A stretch of 40,563 nucleotides of DNA, from the IMG/VR virus record IMGVR_UViG_3300011442_000007; one strand, given 5' to 3'. Of this stretch, positions 31,383-39,595 are shown piece after piece. Position numbers and translations under genes: made by a program. The notes beneath the pieces were generated by a model. It saw only the letters and a list, made by a program, of their open reading frames with translations. It was not told the origin of the DNA and made no database searches. Source of the DNA: a virus. The first letter of the stretch is position 1, and each line of letters begins with the position of its first letter.

Positions 31383-32710
31383 GCCGTCTCCTACGTGTAG
31401 AGAAGTGGTTCGATGACTGGCTGGAACCATCGGCCGCCGCTCCCGCTGCGCCTCCACAACGGCTGTACCTATGGAAGCCGATTGCGCTTGTCGTGCTCGG
31501 TTTCTTCCCAGCGGAGGAAGTAAGCCAAGCCAATCACACGCAGCGGCTGTTCTTCGGTCGCACGACCCCAACGGTGGTCGGAGCGCCGTGGTATCTGTGG
31601 AAAGCGCCTCTAAGAGTAGATGCCGAGGAGGATATCTATCGAGGCGCGAACCACACACTCCTTCATCGATACCGGCAGTCGTTCCAGACCGTAGGACAGA
31701 ACTACCGGCAGTGGCCGCCTCCCGCAAAGGGTGACCAGAGCGTAGAACCAGAGCAGCGCGTCGAACAGAACACGCTGCATCGGTTCAGGACGCGGTATCA
31801 GACCGTCGGGCAGCCTTTCTCGCTGTGGCCTGGGCCTCAAAAGCGGATCGAGGCGGATGAGTACACGATCCCGCCCCCGGTTGACCTAACCGAGTTCAGG
31901 AATAGTCCACCTGCTGTAGCCCAAGCGGGGCAGCCGTTCTTCATCTGGCCTCGCATCCTCGCCAAGGTAGAGGCCGAGGAATACACCGTTCCCGGTCCTA
32001 GCCTGTGGCCGATCACGCGGGTTACAACCACCATCACCCAGCCCGGGCAGCCGTGGTGGGCCTGGCCGAGTGCCAAAGCAGATCAGACCCTAGAGCCTGA
32101 TGCGCAGCGGGTCGATCACCTGCTACTTCATCGGTACCGGGTCGGGTATCAAACGGTCGTTCAGTCGTGGCAATACTGGATCAAGCCTCACCCGCAAAGG
32201 GAAGCCGAGGAATACACCGTTCCTGGGCCGGCGAGTCTGTACCCGTTCCGACAGATCACGGTCGCGCCTCCTGTCGGGCAGCCGTGGTACATGTGGCCGG
32301 CAGCGGTCGCGGATCAGAGCGTCGAGCCGAATCCGGTTGTCACGGATCACGCGGGGGCTCTTTATCCGTTCCGGCCGCATGATGCGATCACGCCGCCTGT
32401 TCCTGAGGCAGTTACTGGCGCCCCAGGGAGGTATCGGTACGTTATCTATATCAACGGCCGCAGACATATCGGCTTCGAGGATGAGATCCGGGCGCTCATC
32501 GCCTCGATGGCTGAAAAGGACGCCGATGCCGTCATCGAAGGCAAAAAGGCCCCCAAACGCCGGATTGTCGTCCAGCCTGGGAAGCCGTTCGAGCACGAAA
32601 AGCCTGATTTCGTGGCGATGCAGATCGACTTCCGAAAGGTCTACCAAGAAAAGTTAGCGCTCGCTATACTAGAGAACGATGACGACGAAGACTGGCTGCT
32701 GCTCCTATGA
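31379..32710 (+). CDS. Trp-rich internal-repeat protein with an acidic C-terminal tail (443 aa)
   Basis: ATGA coupling. Reiterated modules: LLHRYRxxYQTVGQ, GQPxxxWP and EAEEYTVPGP. C-terminus NDDDEDWLLLL. Confidence 0.6.
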   Translation: MSRLLRVEKWFDDWLEPSAAAPAAPPQRLYLWKPIALVVLGFFPAEEVSQANHTQRLFFGRTTPTVVGAPWYLWKAPLRVDAEEDIYRGANHTLLHRYRQSFQTVGQNYRQWPPPAKGDQSVEPEQRVEQNTLHRFRTRYQTVGQPFSLWPGPQKRIEADEYTIPPPVDLTEFRNSPPAVAQAGQPFFIWPRILAKVEAEEYTVPGPSLWPITRVTTTITQPGQPWWAWPSAKADQTLEPDAQRVDHLLLHRYRVGYQTVVQSWQYWIKPHPQREAEEYTVPGPASLYPFRQITVAPPVGQPWYMWPAAVADQSVEPNPVVTDHAGALYPFRPHDAITPPVPEAVTGAPGRYRYVIYINGRRHIGFEDEIRALIASMAEKDADAVIEGKKAPKRRIVVQPGKPFEHEKPDFVAMQIDFRKVYQEKLALAILENDDDEDWLLLL

Positions 32711-33006
32711 GTCCTGAAGAGGAAATCATCCGCTCCAACGAGGCCGAACGGCTCATGAACGAGCCGATGGTCAAAGAGGCGCTCGAAAAGATCGAGGCGG
32801 GGCTTCTGGACTCGATGAAACGGTGCCCACTAGGCGATATCGAGACACAACATAGGTTAGTGCTCACTTTGCAGTTGCTTGGTAACTTCAAAGGCCATTT
32901 TCAAGAGGCGATGACGACCGGGAAACTGGCTCGCCAGCAGATCACCAATCTTCAAAGCGACCCCCTTACGCAAAAGGCCGGCCGCAAACTTAGGAGCATC
33001 TTCTGA
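32707..33006 (+). CDS. Hypothetical head-module protein (99 aa)
   Basis: ORF track. ATGA coupling. Immediately upstream of the scaffold gene. Confidence 0.5.
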   Translation: MSPEEEIIRSNEAERLMNEPMVKEALEKIEAGLLDSMKRCPLGDIETQHRLVLTLQLLGNFKGHFQEAMTTGKLARQQITNLQSDPLTQKAGRKLRSIF

Positions 33007-33941
33007 TGGCTCAAATCAACGACGACGCGCAGGTTCAAAGCGATCAAGAAATCGAGAATGCGCTCTTCGAGAAGTTGACCCCGAAGACCGAAACGGTTGA
33101 AAAGGAAGAACCCGAGGTAGAAGGACAACCCGAGACAGAGGATGAGGCAGCCGATGGCCAAGCCGAACCCGAAGTCGAAGACCCTGATACCGAGGAATTC
33201 GAGTTCCAAGGGAAGACCTACAAGGCCCCGAAAGAACTCAAGGAAGCGGTGCTACGTCAAAAGGACTACACCGAAAAGACCATGTCTCTTGCCGAAGAGC
33301 GAAAGCTCGTTCAGCACGAACGTGAAACGCTCAAGATGCAATCGGAGTTCCAGAGCAAGTATTCCGAACACATGGGCAAGCTCACAGGCATGGAAAGCCA
33401 GCTAAAGCAGTACGAGGGTGTCGACTGGGAGGCCCTGCTCAGAGCCGACCGGGATCAATACTACCTCCATCGCGACAAGCGGCAGGATCTACTGAACGCC
33501 TACCAAAGTCAACACGGACACCTGCAGAATCTGACCGCTGAGTTCCAGCGTGAGATGACGGCTCAGAGGGAGAAAAAGCTCCAGGCCGGCAAACAGATGC
33601 TGCGGCACGAGTTCAAAGACGAACCGGCCGATCTTGGGGACCGGATGCTGAAGGTGGGCGAGAGTTACGGCTTCACCCGTCAAGAGTTGGACATGCTGGA
33701 CGATCCCCGCCAGGCGCGGGTGTTGCGCGACGCTATGAAGTGGCGCGAACTCCAGACGGCCAAGCCGCAGGTACACAAGCGAGCCGATCAGGCAAAGCCG
33801 GTCAAAGTGACTACTGCCCGCTCGACTCAATCCACCCAATCAGCGGCCCAAGTAGACAATCTCCGAGCAACGGTCAAGAAAACCGGCAGCGACAAAGCTG
33901 CGGAAGACCTGTTTACGAAGCTGCTATCTCGTAAGAGGTAA
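33006..33941 (+). CDS. Scaffolding protein candidate (311 aa)
   Basis: Acidic N-terminus and a long charged helical or coiled-coil sequence. Lies directly upstream of the major capsid gene. Confidence 0.65.
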   Translation: MAQINDDAQVQSDQEIENALFEKLTPKTETVEKEEPEVEGQPETEDEAADGQAEPEVEDPDTEEFEFQGKTYKAPKELKEAVLRQKDYTEKTMSLAEERKLVQHERETLKMQSEFQSKYSEHMGKLTGMESQLKQYEGVDWEALLRADRDQYYLHRDKRQDLLNAYQSQHGHLQNLTAEFQREMTAQREKKLQAGKQMLRHEFKDEPADLGDRMLKVGESYGFTRQELDMLDDPRQARVLRDAMKWRELQTAKPQVHKRADQAKPVKVTTARSTQSTQSAAQVDNLRATVKKTGSDKAAEDLFTKLLSRKR

Positions 33942-33943
33942 TC

Positions 33944-34912
33944 ATGGCTCAAGTATCTGGTACCACCGACACCATTGACCTTGTCGGTGTGGCCGAAGAC
34001 GTTGAAGACGCAATCTTCAACATCAGTCCCACGGAGACTCCGTTTCTGACGATGGCGAAGCGCAAAGACGCCTCGAACATCACTCATCAGTGGCAAACCG
34101 ACGCATTAGCCGCTGCGGCCGCGAACCGCACGATTGAAGGCGACGACGCTACATTCGTGACCGCGACCCCGACGGTGATGCTGCAAAACCGCTTGCAGAT
34201 CGCTCGCAAGACGCTGATCGTGTCCGACACCGCGGATGTGGTACGGAAGTACGGCCGAGCCCGTGAAACGGCCCGCCTGCTGGTGAAGTACGGCAAGGAA
34301 CTGAAGCGCGACATGGAATTCGCCCTGGTCACAAACCAGGCAAGTTCCATTGGCGGCTCTTCGACTGCCCGTTCATCGGCGGGGATGGAATCGATGATCG
34401 CCGGGAATCGGATCATCGCCTCTGGCAACACGACCGGGACGACACCCGGTTACGGTGGCGCGGACTGGACTACTCCAACGGATGGAACTGCGACCGTCAC
34501 AGTGACGGAGGCGCTGCTGAAATCCGGGATTCAGGCCGCATGGGATGACGGTGGCGATCCCTCCGTCATCATGATCCCGTATGCCCAGAAGGGACAGATC
34601 GCCACGTTCACGGGTGCGGCGAAGTACGCAGGCGCCTACACCAACAACGGGCGGGCACAAGCCGCCCTGATTGGTGCGGTGGATGTGTACATCTCGGACG
34701 CTGGGGACCACAAGTTGATGCTCAATCGGTACGTGCGTACGCGGACCATTCTCGGGATCGACCCCGAGTATTGGTCGGTCGCATTCCTCCGAGGCATTCG
34801 TTCCGTCCCGCTGGCGAAGACCGGCGACGCCACAAAGAGCATGCTGCTTGCCGAGTTCTGCCTGGTTGGCGACAACCCGGACAGTTCGTTCAAGCTTCAG
34901 GATATGGCCTGA
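33944..34912 (+). CDS. Major capsid protein (HK97-fold, DUF5309/SU10-like family)
   Basis: The N-terminal signature EDVEDAIFNISPTETPFLTMAKRKDASNITHQWQTDALAAA...EGDDATF. GAGG RBS. Followed by a terminator hairpin. Confidence 0.85.
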   Translation: MAQVSGTTDTIDLVGVAEDVEDAIFNISPTETPFLTMAKRKDASNITHQWQTDALAAAAANRTIEGDDATFVTATPTVMLQNRLQIARKTLIVSDTADVVRKYGRARETARLLVKYGKELKRDMEFALVTNQASSIGGSSTARSSAGMESMIAGNRIIASGNTTGTTPGYGGADWTTPTDGTATVTVTEALLKSGIQAAWDDGGDPSVIMIPYAQKGQIATFTGAAKYAGAYTNNGRAQAALIGAVDVYISDAGDHKLMLNRYVRTRTILGIDPEYWSVAFLRGIRSVPLAKTGDATKSMLLAEFCLVGDNPDSSFKLQDMA

Positions 34913-34917
34913 TCTTT

Positions 34918-34935
34918 GGCCCTTCGGGGCCTTTT
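34918..34935 (+). terminator. Weak rho-independent terminator (GGCCC-TTCG-GGGCC followed by TTTTCTC)
   Basis: 5-bp GC stem, TTCG tetraloop and a T-run, 6 nt after the capsid stop. Confidence 0.5.
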
Positions 34936-34938
34936 CTC

Positions 34939-35268
34939 ATGGACCTGATCGACAAACGATTCACCAAAGGTGGAATGCTGGAAAAGGCATCCATCGAGGA
35001 TGGAAATCTTCACCTTCAGACGTTTCAGGACATTGAGCCGAACGTCGAAATGGTGAAGGCCATGAGAAAAGACTCCGACTACACCGCGCGAGGAATCAAA
35101 CGAGAGTTCGCGCATTCCCTCCATATCTCAGAGGTTCACGTTGTCGCCCTCCTCAATGCAGGGGTGAACGTCTACACAGCGCCAACGAAGGACATCGTGG
35201 CGGGGCTTGTGAGACTTGATCTGCTAGAAGCGTGTCGGGTGACAGATAAGAAACTCTGGAGAGGCTGA
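34939..35268 (+). CDS. Hypothetical protein (109 aa)
   Basis: ATG at 34939 within ORF 34771..35268, just after the terminator. Confidence 0.5.
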   Translation: MDLIDKRFTKGGMLEKASIEDGNLHLQTFQDIEPNVEMVKAMRKDSDYTARGIKREFAHSLHISEVHVVALLNAGVNVYTAPTKDIVAGLVRLDLLEACRVTDKKLWRG

Positions 35269-36675
35269 GTGAGCCTCAAAACAGCCTACGCGCTGTCGCA
35301 GGAAGATCCCGACGCAGCGGCGAAGATCGCCAACGACATCCTGCGTGACGACACGGAGAACGCGGGTGCCCTGTACCTCCTAGGGACCGTCCACGCCAAA
35401 GCAGAACGGTTCGGAAACGCCCTGCCGATCTTCGAGAAGGTGGTCCGGTTAGTCCCTCGCAGACACGAAGCGTGGAACTACCTTGGGATGTGCCAGCAGG
35501 AGTGTCATGAGTTCGATAAGTCGAACCAGGCTTTTCGCAAGGCCATCGATTGGGCAGATAAGGCCAAATCACCACCCGAGACGACAGCGAACTATCTAGC
35601 TAACCTGGCTAGTTCGTACTCTGGACAGGGGAACTACTCAGAGGCCATCCGGTGGTGCAAAAGGGCTCTTGAGAAGGATCCAGAACACTCTGGAGCATTG
35701 ACTACCCTAGGCTTCGCTCAGATCGCTACGGGTGACTGGCAAAACGGCTGGAAGGGATATGAAAACTGCCTCGGAGGCCGATTCAGAAAGATCGTCCAGC
35801 TAGGAGACGAGCCCAAGTGGGATGGCTCCTATGTCGAGAACCTGTTCGTGTACGGAGAGCAGGGCCTCGGTGACGAACTGATGTACGCATCGTGTCTGGA
35901 AGATATCAAAGCCGGGCACATCACGCTGGAATGTGATCCGAGGTTAGAGGGGTTGTTCAAACGCTCATTTCCACATATCGAAGTCCATGGAACACGCAGA
36001 AAAGACCCCTACTGGGCCGAAGGCAAGACTTTCGACGCTGGATGTGCTATCGGCAGCCTGCCGGCTCTGTTCAGACCCACTCGTGAATCCTGCCCTAAAA
36101 AGCCGTATCTCATCGCTGATGCAGAGCGGCGACTACAGTGGCGTGCGTTGTTTGATTCTTGGGGCAAACCAGTCATCGGGATCGGATGGACCGGAGGCCG
36201 AGCAGCAACCCAGGCCAAAGCACGAAAGGTCGGTCTAGAAGCGTTTCGTCCGATCATCGAAAGCGTTGACGCAGTTTTCGTCAGCGTCCAATACATCGAC
36301 CCTCGGGAAGAAATCGACACCACTGGACTTCCGGTAAGGCATCTCCCTCGCGCGGTGCAAAGTCCGGACTACGACGACACGGCTGCTTTCGTTGCGGAGC
36401 TTGACTATCTGATTGCTCCACCGACGACAATCCATCACATGGCGGGAGCGATGGGCAAAAGCAGCTTGATCCTTGTCCCAAGTCAACCCATGTGGGACTG
36501 CGCCTACTCAGAATCGTGGCCGTGGTACCAGGAACAGAAATTCTTCCGACAGAAGAAAGATGAGACCTGGGCCGATTGTCTAAGGAGATTGAATGAACTT
36601 CGTATTCATTGGCTACGACCCGAGGCAGCCTCTCGCGTACAACGTGCTTCAGCACTCGATTGTGAGACATGCTAG
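35269..36675 (+). CDS. TPR-repeat protein fused to a GT9-like (GT-B) glycosyltransferase domain
   Basis: The N-terminal 150 aa show TPR-like helical pairs (AGALYLLGTVHAKAERFGNALPIFEKVV, EAWNYLGMCQQE, ANLASSYSGQGNYSEAIRWCKRALEKDPEH). The C-terminus has GEQGLGDELMYASCL and DDTAAFVAELDYLIAPPTTIHHMAGAMGKSSLILVP, which match heptosyltransferase-family motifs. Confidence 0.7.
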   Translation: MSLKTAYALSQEDPDAAAKIANDILRDDTENAGALYLLGTVHAKAERFGNALPIFEKVVRLVPRRHEAWNYLGMCQQECHEFDKSNQAFRKAIDWADKAKSPPETTANYLANLASSYSGQGNYSEAIRWCKRALEKDPEHSGALTTLGFAQIATGDWQNGWKGYENCLGGRFRKIVQLGDEPKWDGSYVENLFVYGEQGLGDELMYASCLEDIKAGHITLECDPRLEGLFKRSFPHIEVHGTRRKDPYWAEGKTFDAGCAIGSLPALFRPTRESCPKKPYLIADAERRLQWRALFDSWGKPVIGIGWTGGRAATQAKARKVGLEAFRPIIESVDAVFVSVQYIDPREEIDTTGLPVRHLPRAVQSPDYDDTAAFVAELDYLIAPPTTIHHMAGAMGKSSLILVPSQPMWDCAYSESWPWYQEQKFFRQKKDETWADCLRRLNELRIHWLRPEAASRVQRASALDCETC

Positions 36676-37246
36676 CGAGCCAGTAGCCATCTGCCCGCTG
36701 ATCCTCAAGCAGCTTCCGATCAAACGCAAAGGCTTGACGGAGTTCACATACTCTCGCTTCTTGGTCCCGTACATCTGCGGGTTCAAAGGCAGGGCTTTGT
36801 TCCTCGATGCCGATATGGTCGTTACTGGAGACGTGTCGGAACTCTTCAACAGCGAGGAGATGAGCGCTGTATCAGTCATGCAGGAACAGCCGAAATTCGA
36901 GTGGGCCAGCATGATGATGTTCAACTGCTCTGCTTGTTCCAGACTGACTCCTGAGTTCATCGACAATGAAGAAAATCAGCTATTCGACCTTAAGTGGGCT
37001 CCATATGTCGGGAAGTTAGACCCATCGTGGAATCACTGCGTTGGCTATCAAGAACCGAAGGACGCGAAGCTGTATCACTACACCCAAGGTCTCCCGTGTT
37101 TCCCTGAGACTCAGGGGCTCCCAGAAGATGCGGTGTGGAACCGCGAATCCGACCTGATGAACTCCACCGTGTCGTGGAAGGAATTGATGGGTAGATCGGT
37201 TCACCGGGAGCCTGTGTTGAGAAGGTTACTTTCCAAGTACCAATGA
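36593..37246 (+). CDS. GT8-like (GT-A, DxD) glycosyltransferase
   Basis: AAGGAG lies 5 nt upstream of the ATG. RALFLDADMVVTGDVSELF is the GT8-type DxD motif. The gene starts 83 nt inside the preceding ORF. Confidence 0.6.
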   Translation: MNFVFIGYDPRQPLAYNVLQHSIVRHASEPVAICPLILKQLPIKRKGLTEFTYSRFLVPYICGFKGRALFLDADMVVTGDVSELFNSEEMSAVSVMQEQPKFEWASMMMFNCSACSRLTPEFIDNEENQLFDLKWAPYVGKLDPSWNHCVGYQEPKDAKLYHYTQGLPCFPETQGLPEDAVWNRESDLMNSTVSWKELMGRSVHREPVLRRLLSKYQ

Positions 37247-38076
37247 TCGGTGTGACATGGATGTGGACCCATCCAAAGCTGGCTTCGGCCCGCTTGCGGA
37301 ACAACATCCCTTCCCAGGTTCTGAAACTGCGCGGCGTTGTGAAAGACGGCACCGATCTAATCATCGCGTCTAAGCACAACTGGGACGTTTCGACCGTCCG
37401 AAAGCGCTTCAAGCGTATGATCTTCGATGTCTGCGACGATCACTTCTCAGACTCAAGAAGGGAGCACTATCTCCATGCCTGTGAGGTCGCAGACCAGATC
37501 ACTTGCAACTCCGAGGTAATGCGTGAAATCATCGAGCGCGAGACCCACCGTCGAGCAACTGTCATCGACGATCCGTACGAGGATGCAGAGCTTGCGCCGG
37601 ACGGAACTGGCTCTGGCGTCCTGTGGTTTGGACACTCCCTCAATCTCCCGGACCTTGAACGAGTTGCTCCCTCTATACGTCACCCTCTTACGGTTGTCGC
37701 CAGCCACAACTACACACCGGAGCACCTAGATGCCTGTCTCAAAGCGTGCCGCGTTGTCATCTTGCCTACGGGCAAATCGCAAGCAAAGAGCGCGAACCGT
37801 GCAGTTAGGTCAATCAGATACGGCAAGTATCCAATATGCGGACACCTACCCGCGTACGGTGAACTCGGATTGGGAAACGACGATTTGGGACTCGCACTTG
37901 ACCGGGCCTATGAGAGTACCGACTCGGATTTGGTGGCGCGTGTAAGAGCACTTCAAGACTTGGTGAGAGTGCGGTTCTCGCCTGACCTGGTATCGGATGC
38001 TTGGGAGAAAGTAATTTGCGGCTCAATCTCGGGTGCGGGACGCGAAAGCTTGAAGGCTTTACTAACTGCGACCTGA
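37243..38076 (+). CDS. Putative glycosyltransferase (GT-B-like; weak)
   Basis: ATGA coupling. The C-terminal half VLWFGHSLNLPDL...ILPTGKSQAKSANRAVRSIRYGKYPIC resembles GT-B nucleotide-sugar-binding halves. Context also supports the call. Confidence 0.4.
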   Translation: MIGVTWMWTHPKLASARLRNNIPSQVLKLRGVVKDGTDLIIASKHNWDVSTVRKRFKRMIFDVCDDHFSDSRREHYLHACEVADQITCNSEVMREIIERETHRRATVIDDPYEDAELAPDGTGSGVLWFGHSLNLPDLERVAPSIRHPLTVVASHNYTPEHLDACLKACRVVILPTGKSQAKSANRAVRSIRYGKYPICGHLPAYGELGLGNDDLGLALDRAYESTDSDLVARVRALQDLVRVRFSPDLVSDAWEKVICGSISGAGRESLKALLTAT

Positions 38077-38498
38077 CCGATGCCGATGTGATCTGCGATG
38101 TATTCCAGAGACTCCCGTTCGGCAACGAGACAGCAGACGAGATTCACGCTTACCACGTCTTCGAGCACTGCTACCGATACGACTGCGAGGCGATCCTCAA
38201 AGACTGGGTGCGAGTCCTTAAGTACGGCGGGAAACTTGTCTTAGAACTCCCGTGCCTCGACAGCATCATCCAGATATTCAACTGGCATATTGAGCGAGAG
38301 AAGCCAATCCCGGTGAACCTGACGATGTGGGGCTTGTTCGGCGATCCATCGTGGAAACGGCCGGAGATGACGCATCATTGGTGCTATTCCCAAGCCGAAC
38401 TTGGTGACTTGATGACGAAAGCTGGCTTGGTGGTCACGTTCCACAAAGCACAGACCCATCAACCGATCAGAGACATGCGGGGCGAGGGCATCAAGTGA
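38001..38498 (+). CDS. Class I SAM-dependent methyltransferase
   Basis: LNLGCGTRKLEGFTNCD (motif I), HVFEH, and VLKYGGKLVLELP (post-II/III). The TTG start is uncertain and overlaps the upstream gene by up to 76 nt. Confidence 0.65.
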   Translation: MGESNLRLNLGCGTRKLEGFTNCDLTDADVICDVFQRLPFGNETADEIHAYHVFEHCYRYDCEAILKDWVRVLKYGGKLVLELPCLDSIIQIFNWHIEREKPIPVNLTMWGLFGDPSWKRPEMTHHWCYSQAELGDLMTKAGLVVTFHKAQTHQPIRDMRGEGIK

Positions 38499-38998
38499 AC
38501 AACTCGGTTCTAACCTTCGCCAAAAAACATAGGGGGAAGATCAGTGGAAACGTCCTCGAAGTTGGAAGCCAGATTGTTAATGGCACTGTGCGTGACGTTC
38601 TCGCTATCAGCGTTGGGTGCGATATGGTGGACGGTCCCGGAGTGGACCAAGTTGTCGATTCTTCTGGCCTGCTGGTTCAGTTTGGGCCTGACTCTTGGGA
38701 CTGCGTTGTTTCTTGTGACGCACTGGAACACATGGCGGCATGGAAAGACGCCATAGAGAACATGTGGGGCGTCCTGAAGCCAGAAGGGCTCCTGTTCCTG
38801 ACCCTGGCCAACCCAAGGAAGGGCTATCACGGCTACCCTTCGGATTACTGGAGGTGGCCCATGGAGCGGTTCAAGCTGCTTTTCGGGCAGAACGAGATAC
38901 TGGACACTTTCTTTGAGGGCCCATCAATGGGAGTGCTTGTTAGGAAGGGCTCACATCCGTTAGACTTGAGCATCAAGCCAGACCCCGTGAGGCGATAG
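38495..38998 (+). CDS. Second class I SAM-dependent methyltransferase
   Basis: VLEVGSQ (motif I), VVSCDALEHM, and VLKPEGLLFLTL. GTGA coupling. Confidence 0.6.
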   Translation: MNNSVLTFAKKHRGKISGNVLEVGSQIVNGTVRDVLAISVGCDMVDGPGVDQVVDSSGLLVQFGPDSWDCVVSCDALEHMAAWKDAIENMWGVLKPEGLLFLTLANPRKGYHGYPSDYWRWPMERFKLLFGQNEILDTFFEGPSMGVLVRKGSHPLDLSIKPDPVRR

Positions 38999-39595
38999 AT
39001 GGCTCTGAATACCTATGCGGACCTGAAAACGTCGATCCTGGATTGGTCCAACAAAACCAATCTGACAGCGATGGCGCCGGATTTCGTCAGGCTCGCGGAG
39101 TCGAAGATTCGCAAGAAACTGCGCACCCGTGACCAACTCACTGCGCTGCCGATCACGCTCACGGACGACTTAGGAAGCCTCCCGACAGACATGCTGGAGG
39201 TTCGGTCGGTGGTGGTTGATGGAAACGTGCTTTCCTACGTTCCCGAGGAAGTCTACGACCAGCTGGCCGAGTTCGCTACCGACCCCATCAACTACACCTT
39301 CTCGGGCTCACAGATCAAAGTTGCCGGCGGCGGGGACTCGACTGCGAGACTTGACTACTATCACGCCTACACCGCTTTATCGGCCGCCAGCGACACGAAT
39401 TGGGTGCTGACCAATGCCCCCGAGGTCTACCTGTACGGGAGCCTTGTAGAGGCGTTTGACTACCTCCGCGATGGAGTGGAGCGCGACAGGTACATGCAGA
39501 AGTTCGAGCAGACCGTGGCCGAACTGAACCTGACCGAGAAAGTGTCCCTCTCCGCTGGACCGATGAGAGTGCGACCGGACACCTTTACCCCATGA
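38999..39595 (+). CDS. Putative head-to-tail adaptor / tail accessory protein (198 aa)
   Basis: Position and size are comparable with the podovirus gp4/gp11 class. ATGA coupled to the downstream 483-aa ORF. The functional call rests on context only. Confidence 0.4.
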   Translation: MALNTYADLKTSILDWSNKTNLTAMAPDFVRLAESKIRKKLRTRDQLTALPITLTDDLGSLPTDMLEVRSVVVDGNVLSYVPEEVYDQLAEFATDPINYTFSGSQIKVAGGGDSTARLDYYHAYTALSAASDTNWVLTNAPEVYLYGSLVEAFDYLRDGVERDRYMQKFEQTVAELNLTEKVSLSAGPMRVRPDTFTP

